From: Selaginella moellendorffii
Lineage: Eukaryota; Plantae; Lycopodiophyta
Assembly (NCBI RefSeq): GCF_000143415.4
Contig: NW_003314372.1
Coordinates: 325,915-389,914, forward strand
DNA length: 64,000 bases
Reading direction: 5' to 3'
Shown here in pieces: positions 11,801 to 22,751 of this stretch (position 1 is the first letter of the stretch; each line of letters begins with the position of its first letter). The notes beneath the pieces were generated by a model. The model had not been told where the DNA came from. It did no database searches and was given only the letters and a program-made list of their open reading frames with translations. A program made the position numbers and the translations under genes.

Positions 11801-13959
11801 ACCACACTTGTGAAGACTTTTTATCTTGCAGATATCTATCATGTGGATCTCATTCTTGGGATGCCATGGTTGGTGAAGGTGCTTCCAGAGATAAAGTGGA
11901 GTATTAAGCATATCTCGCTAGAGTATGGTGGCGTTCAAGATGTGTGGTTTGGCAAGGGCATTCAACCACCAGTTGTTATGCTCTTTGCTACATCTTTGAA
12001 GCGAGCTTGTCATAATGGAAAAACGCTTTTGAGTTACTTGCTGTTTGTTCATAAGTTGGGGGACCAAGGCATGTGTGGGGGAGAAGCAGCAGTACAGGAT
12101 GTACTTGACAAGTTTTCTGATGTTTTTCCATCTGAACTTCCTCATGGGTTGCCTCTATTACGAGGCATGGAGCATGGGATTATATTGGAGCCGGGGATGC
12201 AGCCAATTTACCGATGTCCATTTCACTTAAGTTATGCGGAGGAGCAAGAAGTTCAACGACAAGTCAAGGACTTACTTGAGTTTGGATTCATTCAGCCAAG
12301 TAAGTCTCCATTTGGTGCTCCGGTCTTGCTTGTGAAGAAGAAGGACGGTTCAATGCGAATGTGTATTGACTACCACGCTTTGAACAAAAAGATAGTGAAG
12401 GATAAGATGCCAATGCCACGTGTGGATGATATTCTAGACAAGCTTGGTGAAGCACGAGTGTTTACCAATATTGATCTGAGGAGTGGATATCATCAAATTG
12501 CAATGGATGATGCATCTATCTCCAAGACGGCATTCAACACAAGCTTTGGACATTTTGAATTTACAGTTATGCCATTTGGTTTGACGAATGCACCAGCCAC
12601 ATTTACTCAGTTGATGACGGAGGTATTTGGGCGTTATCTTCATGAGTTTATGGAGATTTTCTTGGATAAATAAATATAATGATGTATAGGTAAAAATATT
12701 TTTTGAGTCTTGATGCAGCAAAAACTTGAATATGAAGCATTAGCTGACTTGTTCACTACCCTGTTGACCAGTGCTTTTATTAAAAAAATCTACGCCTTAG
12801 TGATTGTTAGGTTGACTATGTGGTCAACATTGGTCAAAAGGAGGCTCAAGGGTATATTAAGGCATGTTAGGGTAAGTGACTTAACCTACCCTAGGGCTCA
12901 CAGTGGAGCAATGGCGCAGTGGAGCTTTTGAGGTAGCTCGGGGGTGGTTGGGGTGAGGAACCTCAAGAGGTGGCGTAGCATAGTCTAGGGCGACTAGATC
13001 TCTGTCTTTTTGTGCCGGATCATAACATTAGTATTGGAGCCCAGTTTGAATCTCGTGGCTGACAAGTGGGGCAGGAATATTCTAAGGGAATATTCAACAT
13101 GGTGGATCTAGATGGAGAACTAAGGTTTGGTAGACCCTAAGAGAAGGACTATGGTGACTGGATCTAACAATGACAACGTAGAGAATCCCATCCATCAATG
13201 AGAATGGGGCTTCCATCTGGCCTTGCAAAGAGGCCACCTTAGCATCATGAGCCTGAGCATGCTCAACCAACTGCCCAAACTCGCTGACCACCTTACTCAA
13301 ATGATGACAAAATCGTGTTTATAACGTTGTCACATGGCGAACACGAGATAAAGCATCTACCACTACAGTTGCTTTTCTTGGACGATGTTCAATAGGAAAC
13401 TCCCCAAACTTCATGAGTTTGACCATCCAACGAGCTTGCCTAGTGTTCAACTCCTGTGTGAAAAGATACACAAGTGGTTTGTGATCTGTCAACACCACGA
13501 ACACTGCACCATAAAGATAGTGCCGCCATGTCCGTAAAGCATGAACAATAGAGAGTAACTCTTGCTCATATGTGGAATAGCGTTGCTCCGCAAAATTCAA
13601 AGTTCGACTCTCATATGCAATAGGCTATCCCTCTTGTATGAGAACTCGTCCCAGTGCATAACCACTCGCATCGCATGTCACCTTATAAGGTTTTGATGGA
13701 TCAGCAATGCGAAACACTGGAGTTTCACTCAACAATCGTTTCAGCGCCACAAAACTCTCCTCTTGTGGCTTCTTCCACTCAAATGGCACATTCTTGCCTA
13801 ACAACCCCGTCACCTCTGCAAAATTATGCTGGTAATGTTAGTGGTAACTAGCTATACCAAGAAAACTGCGCAACTCAGCCACTGTAGTCAGTGTATGCCA
13901 ATTTTCCACCACAGCCACCTTCCTTGGATTTGTCTTGACATCCTTAGATGTCACAATAT
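8843..13959 (-). mobile_element. Family A copy A2, 3' half (3' LTR 8843-9075, PPT, integrase to 10349, RNaseH/RT end 13178-13959), split by the 10350-13177 insert
   Basis: TG..CA LTR, PPT complement ATTCTTCCCCCCC at 9076, integrase ORF 9150-9773, RNaseH ORFs 13319-13813. The pol sequence resumes at 13178 where it stopped at 10349. Confidence 0.92.
10350..13177 (+). mobile_element. Chimeric insert: partial D LTR - PBS - A gag/PR/RT (to ~12667) - unrelated spacer - A LTR (12805-13027) - D interior - D LTR end remnant
   Basis: 10350-10431 matches the TRIM LTR (29331-29434). 10432-12667 matches the A interior (ORF 11621-12673). 13028-13158 matches the TRIM interior (29435-29566). Flanked by ATAGA/GTAGA. 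Confidence 0.85.
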
Positions 13960-16900
13960 TGTGAGACACAAAATCCTTAGGCCCCAAAGTGGAGCTGGAA
14001 AGGGTGCCACGTGGTAGTGGCTGAAGCGAAAGCCAAACAAGCGTGACCCGTTTGGACTAAAAGCTCCAACTTGGAAGGTCGAGAGCGGGAGTGGAACTCC
14101 CAACAAAGTGCTTGAGGAACAAGCACAAAGCGAGCAATAAGCGAGGCTCCAAAAAGGGACCCAAAAGGACCAACATATGACACGTGGAAGTGTCCGAGAT
14201 GGGGTCCGAGATGGACCAAGACGGAGTCCGAGATGGAGTCCGAGGTGGAGTCCAAGATGGAGTCCGAGATGGAGTCCAAAGTGGAGTCCAAGATGGAGTC
14301 CGAGATGGACCGAGATGGAGTCCGAGATGGAGTCCGAGATAGACCGAGATGGAGTCCGAGATAGACCGAGATGGAGTCTGAGATGGGGTCCAAAGTGGAG
14401 TCCGAGATGGAGTCCAAAGTGGAGTCTGAGATGGAGTCTGAGATGGAGTCCGAGATGGACCGAGACGGAGTCCGAGATGGAGTTCGAGATGGAGTCCGAG
14501 GTGGAGTCCGAGATGGAGTCTGAGATGGAGTCCGAAGTGGAGTCCAAGATGGAGTCCAAGATGGACCGAGATGGAGTCTGAGATGGACCCGAGATGGAAT
14601 CCGAGATGGAGTCCGAGAAGGACCCGAGATGGAGTCCGAGGTTGAGACTGAGACTGGGACCGAGACCAAGACCAAGACCGAGACCGAGACCGGGACCGAG
14701 ACCGAGACCGAGGCGAAGGCCGAGACCGAGCCCGAGTCTGAGTCTGAGTCCGAGTTCGAGTCCGAGTTCGAGTCTGAGAGGGTGAAAGCCCAAAGCGTTC
14801 GTCTCCCAGACCCTGGGGGGTTTGGTGAGCTCCAAAAGTATAGTAAGGGGGAGGACTGCAGTGGAGCCAGTTTGGCCAGGAAAGGGCAGTTTGGCCCAGG
14901 AAGGCCAGACCCAGTGTTGGGTGATGAACTGACCACTGGGAAGTCCAAGACTAGAGTGAATACGGACCGACAAGCAGGGTAGCTTGGTGAAGTGTTCAAG
15001 AGCCGGCTCTAGTTCCCCCGGGAGATCGACTAGCCGATGCTCCCAATCCAAGTGTGGGTTGCACTACCTACTTGGATACCAGGCGTGGCTCAACGGAACC
15101 TCGCTCTAAGCCCATGGCTAGAGCACCTAAAGGCGAAAGGTGGGGAGAGTACCTAGGTGGCTCGCATAAGGCCACAGTGTTCCGAAATGTTGTCCCAAAG
15201 GCCCAAACTGTGGAAAGGAAGAGGAGCAGTCCTCTGGGGTAGTGACCAAGGACACAGTCGTGTGGTGAGGAAGTCCCAGAGGACCATGGGACTTAGTGGT
15301 CGGGCCTGTGGGCCTCGATCCAGTGGTAGTGTTGGTGAACACGGCCATGGACAGTAAAGGGACTTGGTGGGGACCAGAAAAGGGACATTGGGGGAAGGCT
15401 ATTCCCCATGTCTGTCGGCATCCTAAGGATGCTAAGGAGTGGATCTGGGATGATCACTCATGAATGGATGGCCCAGTCTTTGAGGGACGGGACTGTGATG
15501 GAGGTGGTGTCAGACCATCGGTGTGACCAAGGTGAATGGGCATGGCATTAGCATAACGGGCTGATATGTTGGTGGTACTTTGGAGTGTCGGTCATGGGAT
15601 CGGTCACGTGGAGCACTTGGACCAAGTGCAAAGGTTGGGTGGCGGGGATGCCATTCTCGGGGCTAGCAAGCCCAAGTTTGAAATAGGACTTAACTTATGG
15701 AGGTTGTGAGTGAGACTCCTCCAATTGGTCGGAGGTGTGGTTAAGTGACTAAAGTAGAATGGAAAAATTAATCGCTTACAACTTGGTATCGGAGCTGTTC
15801 CTTAGTTCAACTTTTATTGGTGCTCAAGTATATCACCATTGATGTTGGCATTGGAAGGTCCTAGGAGTGGGCCTATCCTTGAGGAGTAGCATGTTGAGAG
15901 GACATATCTCTCCACTCAAGTTCATGCATGAACTTGGGCACGATATGGTGGATAGAAAAGGGCCAATAATAGAACAACTTTGGGATCTTGGGAACAGTAT
16001 AAGGTTTCCTTAGAGAGTTGAGGATGTGATCCAGATGAGCGTTTAATGCAGCAAATGGGCTAACGTAGTTGTGGTAAACAACTATAATTGGGATCACGGG
16101 AAAGATGTAGACTCCAAAATAATAAAGGAGTCACAAGATTACCCTCATATAGTTGAGGCCAGTGCTCATAACTTTGAGACCGGAATTAATGACCATGGGA
16201 GGTCAAATATAGGAGAGGACACAAGTCCTCAAAATGGTAGCTGAGGTTACCCTTGATAAATGCTGGAACAACCCAAGGAGTTGGGGATGTACTTAGAGGA
16301 TGAGTTGGTATTCTCATCACATGGACAAGTGGTCCTAAGAGGCAAAAGGTTGCCCCAAGAGAACAAATCAAGTGTTGGAGTAACACTTGCAAAGATGGTC
16401 CTTGTGAGTAGGACCTGAATACAAGAAGTTGTATTCCAGTGAGTTGGCACCTCAAAGGTAGGACCTCATGGGTCGTCGGATGACAAAGTCCAAAAAGCTG
16501 GATGATTCCAATAGAGTCAAGGAATAATCCTAAAGGATTGATGGAAGCATTTGGACTGAGGTGTGTGGTACCCCACGAAGGATGGGGGGGATCATAGGAT
16601 CCAAGGATGAGAACAGAGAGTATCTCATCGATGGCAAAATGTGCCATGTTAAAGTCGTGAGAAGGGTGTTCCCAAAAGAAAACAACTTTGAAACAAAGTT
16701 GTGTGTGACCTCTATGGTGCAGTGCTAATGGATGGTTGGCATGAGAAAGAGTGGTATTAGTCTTGGCAAAAACTTAAACACAAAGAAGAAGTGTCATAGA
16801 GGTAGGCTCGTGGAGCCGATGGTGTGGAGACACCAAATGTGCCAAGGTGTGATACCTTGAGGCTATGTTGGTGGGTTCATGAGAACCCCTTGCCAAAGGA

Positions 16901-17095
16901 ATCCCAATGGAAATGGGAATGGCATAGCCTAAGTTGCAGAGCATGCAGTTGGAGTGTGGTGACCCAGATAATGATGGAGGTGTGGAAGCACCAGCAATGA
17001 GTTGTAGGACTTGACAACTATGAGGCAACTAAGCAAGAGGTGCAAAATAATTGGTTAAACGGGTAGAAGGTAGCTACCCAAGCCTTCTTAATGGC
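13960..17095 (+). mobile_element. Family B copy: 5' LTR (13960-15780), PBS, first 1.3 kb of the non-coding interior
   Basis: TGTGAGAC...GCTTACA followed by ACTTGGTATCGGAGC (iMet-tRNA PBS). The interior is the reverse complement of ~60315-61624. Inserted into A2 pol. Confidence 0.9.
14192..14776 (+). repeat. CG-rich 12-mer/hexamer array in the B LTR
   Basis: (GGAGTCCGAGAT)n variants followed by GAGACC/GAGTCC hexamers. Confidence 0.95.
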
Positions 17096-17101
17096 ATTAT
17101 C

Positions 17102-18102
17102 GAGGTTGTGAGTGAGACTCCTCCAAGTGGTCGGAGGTGCAGTTAAGTGACTAAAGTAGAATGGAAAAATTAGTCACTTACAAGTCGGGCCTATGGGCCT
17201 TGATCTAGTGGCAGTATTGGCGAACACGGCCATGGACAGAAAAAGGACTTGGTGGGGACTGTAAATGGGATATTGGGGAAGGCTGTTCCCTATATCTGCA
17301 GGCATCTTAAGGATGCTAAAGAGTGGACCTAGGATGGTCACTCATAGATGGATGGGCCAATTTTTGAGAGATGGGACTGCGATGCAGGTGGTGTTAGACC
17401 ACCGGTGTGACCAAGGTGAATGGGCATAGCCTTAGCGTAACGGGTAGGTATGTTAGTGGTACCTTGGGGTGTCAGTAATGGGATCGGACACATGGAGCAC
17501 TTAAACCAAGTGTAATGGTTGAGTGGCATCGATGCCATTCATGGGGCTAGCAAGTTCCTAAGTCCAGAATAGGACTTACGGAGGTTGTGAGTGAGACTCC
17601 TTCAAGTGGTTGGAGGTGCGGTTAAATGACTAAAGTAGAATGGAAAAATTAGTCACTTACAAGTCAGGCTTGTGGGCCTTAATCCAGTGGTAGTGTTAGC
17701 GAACACGGCCATGGACAGAAAAGGGACTTGGTGGGGATTGTAAATGGGATATTGGGGAAGGTTGTTCCCTATGTCTGTGGGCATCTTAAAGATGCTAAGG
17801 AGTGGACCTAGGATGGTCACTCATAGATGGATGGCCCAGTCTTTTGAGAGACGGGACTACGATACAGGTGGTGTTAGACCACTGGTGTGACCAAGGTGAA
17901 TGGGCATGGCCATAGCATAACGGGTTGGTATGTTGGTGGTACCTTGGGGTGTCGGTCATGGGATCGGACATGTGGAGCACTTGGACCAAGTGTAATGGTT
18001 GAGTGGCATCGATACCATTCTTGGGGCTAGCAAGTTCCTAAGTCCAGAATGGGACTTATGGAGGTTGTGAGTGAGACTCCTCCAAGTGGTCGGAGGTGTG
18101 GT
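17102..18102 (+). repeat. ~480-bp tandem repeat (about 2.1 units) derived from the 3' end of the B LTR
   Basis: GAGGTTGTGAGTGAGACTCC at 17102, 17581 and 18061. The unit corresponds to ~15298-15780. Confidence 0.92.
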
Positions 18103-18570
18103 CATTTTGTTGGTAGTAGTGCATTTTGGTTCATTGCAATCACACAAGTATTTCCCAATGTCTCCACACATTGAGGTATGGATCATTGTAAACAACCAAA
18201 GCAATACATAGATTGGAAGAAAATAAAAAATAAAAAACCAAATTAGTAGAAGGAAGGAGGATTTATCTGCAAACCAATGAAATGATTTTATAAAATTCTT
18301 TATGAGAGATAAGAAGTAGAAAAAAAATTCAAACTTTTCAGCTCTATCAATCAAGCTAGTACTCTGTACTAAAAATATAGAAATATAAGCTGTTGAAGAA
18401 TTATATTGAAATATAATATAATATTTCTTAAGAATAGAAAGTCTTAAGCTTGACAGATATATATTATGTTAATATGAAATTTCATTTGATGGAGTTATAA
18501 GATACATAATTGAAGTTCATGTCACATAAATAGGCATGGCATGGATATGGGATCTTGGGGCTTTAACAAA

Positions 18571-18596
18571 TAGGGCTTAGGGTTTAGGGTTTAGTG
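18571..18596 (+). repeat. Short plant telomere-like tract (telo-box)
   Basis: TAGGGCTTAGGGTTTAGGGTTTAG. Confidence 0.5.
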
Positions 18597-21500
18597 TTAT
18601 TTAGGTCAAAAGATATCCCTAAAGCATAATATCCACTGGATATAAAATCTCTGAAAATGACCAACTAAAATGGTATAATATTTGAATTTTTTTCTGACTT
18701 AATTGTCAATATTAAAATTCCACAAAATCTGTAAATTCAAATTTGTGAGTGATTTCAGTCAGGAAATGGATGGGTCAAAATCATTTCCATCCATAGCCTT
18801 TTCTGAAATCTCAGTTGGCAATATTTTAGATGAAACATTGCATTGATCTAGAAAAAAGCATTAGATATCAATCATTTTGTTTTCTCTAATAGAAAGCTAT
18901 CTGAAAATCCCCTAGTCACAAAGTCTAATACATTTAAGCAAAGCATGTCATACAGAAGGTTCTTGTTTGTTCTAAGAAAGAAAGGCATATAAAGGCCTGT
19001 GAGACTTGGATATGAATACATACAAAGGGAGATTTCCACCATCTTAGATTAAATTTTGAAAAAACACTTTTCTTAAGCTCCTCCAAAACCTACATCCAGG
19101 CTTTTGTGCAGTCTTGTGCATTGACAACATGATCAAAGCTCAGCTCTCCAGCTCACCCCTGCTTGTATAGGTGTGCCTGGCCAAAACCTCTAAAACAACT
19201 CAAGCACAAACTGAGATTATTGTTGGATATGATGAGCATTCGAGGATGGCAAGAGCAAAAATCCTATTGGCAACACTGAAGGGCTACAAGTTCTCACTTT
19301 GCCAGTGGAGAGAAGTGCAGTGCAACAGTGAAGTGGACTAGCTGTTTTGTTTCTTTTTGGACAGGCAGGAAACCCACCTTGGTGAGGAAGAGCGATGTCA
19401 CCCCATTGACAACATGACACTCTCTCTCATAGATAAAATGTGAAGCTCACTCTTATAGATGATCATTAGGAGCTCCTTGTGCACCAGTAAAATCTTGAGT
19501 GAGAAGTGCTATGATTTAAGTCTTTACTTTTTATACCAGCAGAAACATTCTTTTCTGTCATTGTCTCAGAAAACCATCATGAAGGATGGTTGAGAATCAT
19601 CTCACCAAGTATGGTAGCTCCATTGCAGCAAAGTGATCTTATTTGGCAATTCATAATCCAAACTCATGTCTTTAGGAAATCAGAAAACTTAATGTGAGGC
19701 AGCTATAGAAAAAGAAAACAAAGAAAGTTTCTATCTCCAAAAGTCTATGGAGTGGAGAGGTCATGATCAAGATGCTCATGAAATAGTGCATGACTTAAAA
19801 ATTAGAATTGGCAAAAGCTTACCATCAAGACAGCAAGATTCAACCACTCACCCATAGTTGCTCCCGATCCTCCTCCCTAGTGCCAGCTATGGAGCTTTAG
19901 AGCTGGTGCCCATTGTTATGATCCGGCACAAAAAGACAGAGATCTAGTCTCCCTAAACTATGCTACGCCACCTATTGAGGTTCCTCACCACCCAACCACC
20001 CCCAAGCTACCTCAAAAGCTCCACTGCATTGCCACTCCACTATGAGCCCTAGGGTAGGTTAAGTCTCTTACCCTAACATGCCTTAATATACCCTTGAGCC
20101 TCCCTTTGACCAATATTGACCATGTGGTCAAAAATGACACCTAACAATTCTTCCTCCCATTAAATTCCTTGTTCTAAGGATGAGTTGTACCAATGATCAC
20201 CCTTTCTAGGGAAACCCTGCTTAAGCTCTTGGTCCATCTTCCACAACCGTATACATCAAGGAGGCATTAGGCTCATCACTCCAAGATAATACACCTTTCA
20301 ACTGGTTGACATAAAATACTAGATGAATTTTCACCCCAGCTGGTAGCTACACCTAATAAACTGCTTTACCAATGCCCTCCAGCACTTCATATGGACCAGC
20401 ATATTGATGGGAAAGTTTGTCACTTTTCACTATTTGTAAAGGCACCAAGGTGTTCTACTGCTCACTTGATGGAAAGATAACTTATACGAAGACAAAATCA
20501 CCCACCTTATATTCTTGGAATTTGCGATGCTCATTAAACTTCTCTACTCTATCCTGAGCTGCTTGCAAATTCCGTTTGCACACCACCAGAATCTCATCAA
20601 GTTCTGTAGCCAAATCAGTTGCCTTGGAATCAAGTTAATCTTGAACGTCCTTACTCAAATGCAATCCCAACTCCACCACTGTTTGGGGATGCATTCCAAA
20701 TATGGCAAAGTAAGTACTTAGCTTGGTTTCACTATGTTGGCTATTATTGTAAGAAAATCGCACCAGCTGAAGATATAGATCCCATTGTCCATGCCTTTGA
20801 CCAATGCTACAACGTAGCATATCCTCCACCACTTGGTTCACATGCTCAGTTTGCCCATCTGTGTAAGGATGATCTCCACTCGAGAGTTTCAAAGTCACTT
20901 GCATAGCCTTCGTAAAGCTTTTCCAAAATCCACTTGTGAACTTTGAATCTTGATCACTAATGATGTCCTCTGGCAAACCAAAATCAGGAAAAACCTTCTC
21001 CAAGTAGGTTGCAGCCAAGTCTGGGGTAGTGACAGTTTTCCGAAGAGCTAAGAACTACATATATTTCGTCAACCAATTCACTATGACCCATACTTGCCCC
21101 TTTTGCCTCTGTGTGCGTGGCAAACAAGTGATGAAGTCCATAAAGATACTACACCAATGACTCTGAGAAATAGGTAAAGGTTACGAAAGTCCTCTCAACT
21201 TCTCCCGTGGCACCTTAACCTACTGATAGAGCTCACATGATTTATAATACTCGAGTCTTCATATTCCTCCAATAAAAATTGTGCTTAATCAACTCATACA
21301 TCTTCTTCCCCCCAAAATGACCAGCCTTTAAACGACCATGATAGTGGAATAAAACTTGAGTAATTAATGCATCCACCTATGGCAAATATACATGGCCATT
21401 GTAGTAGGGAATCCCATCCACCAATGAGAAATGAACTTCCATTTAGTTGGGCAAAGAGGCCACCTGAGCATCTTGAGCCTAAACATGCTCAACCAACTGC

Positions 21501-22006
21501 CTAAACTCATTGACCATCTTACTCAAATGATGACAAGACCGTGTTTGGAATGCCGTCAAAGGATAAACACGAGATAAAGCATCTACCATTACATTTGATT
21601 TTTCCAGATGATGCTCAATAGAAAACTCTCCAAACTCCATGAGTTTAACTATCCAACGAGTTTCCTTAGTGTTCAACTCCTTTTGTGTGCAAAGATACAC
21701 AAGTGGTTTGTGATCCGTTAACACCACAAACACTACATGATAAAGATAGTGCTGCCACGTCTGCAAAGCGTGAACAATAGAAAGTAACTCTTGTTCATAT
21801 ATGGAATAGCAAAGTTCAACTCTTATATACAATAGGCTGTCCCTCTTACATGAGAACTCTTCCCAATGCATAAGCATTCACATCACATATCACCTCGTAA
21901 GGTTTTGATGGATTAGCAAACCTTCAGCCTTGTAGTATCCACGCTCACCACAATGATGACAACTTTGTCTAAAATTCTTCACAAAGAACTTTTGCATTTT
22001 TTACCC

Positions 22007-22199
22007 TGTTAGGGCGTGGCCACTGAGAGAGTGAGAGAGAGAGGGAATATTTTGGTCCTCAAAATATTCCCCATATTCCTTGTATAAAACCCTTGCCTCA
22101 CAAGGGCAAAGGGGGGGGGGAGGCATTTTTCCAAAGAGCATCGAAGCATTTCTCATGTTAGAGCGAGCGTTGGGGGAGGTGCCCCTCCTTCCCCCAACA
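22007..22199. mobile_element. Family F solo-LTR-like insertion in A3 gag
   Basis: TGTTAGGG...CCCCAACA, with ACCC duplicated on both sides relative to the empty site in A1 (~6110). Confidence 0.8.
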
Positions 22200-22391
22200 A
22201 CCCCTTTGCATCTGATGTAGTCACCATAAACTTCAATTTGTGGTGCTTGTTCCCATCCTTGTGTCCATGGCAATTATCACGACGATTCTCAACAGAAGGA
22301 CTCCGCGAATGCTTGTGAGACTTGTGCTTGTCATTGTCAAGTCGACGAGCTGTATCAAAAAGCTCCTCTAAACTCTTTATGGGCTGAGAAT

Positions 22392-22751
22392 TGTCAAGAA
22401 TCCCCCAATTCTTGCCCATTCCTGACTCTTGCTGGATTCCTGACTTGCAGACTATATTCCTGACTCTTGAGACACTTCCCTATTCCTCACTCTTTGATTT
22501 TCCATATGATTCCTGAGTCTTGAGCCACATTCCCGATGATGATGTGGTGCCTCCTCGACCTTAGCTATATTTAGGCTGTCCTCGATCCAAGGGTGGTGGA
22601 GCTTCATCAACGTATAGTATATATAGGTTAGCCTTGTTCCATTTCTCCACAATATGAATCAACGGCAATCTAAGGCCTCTTCTTCATTTCCACTAGCTTT
22701 TCTCTTTGTCTTCTGCATTTTCCAGTATTGATCTTGTTGGGGGTCTTGACA
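22392..22751. mobile_element. Family G solo LTR, 360 bp
   Basis: TGTCAAGAATCCCCCAA...TTGGGGGTCTTGACA inverted termini, perfect 5-bp TSD AGAAT, TATA-like run near 22613-22626. Confidence 0.88.

Noticed and set aside
13951-15051. Long ORFs with RS-, ES-, SD- or LG-rich repeats (also 35172-35710, 39480-39794, 49369-50389, 56434-57627, 62400-63357)
   Set aside because: They are by-products of stop-poor hexamer arrays. They are open in many frames on both strands, and 11-mer units shift frame between copies, so they are not SR-like protein genes.
18571-18596. Former chromosome end or healing site
   Set aside because: Only about three imperfect units, and such telo-boxes are common in plant genomes.
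18103-19913. Possible host gene or transposon ORF remnant, perhaps continuing at 23566-26353
   Set aside because: Only short, stop-riddled frames with no recognisable domain or exon structure. Left unassigned.
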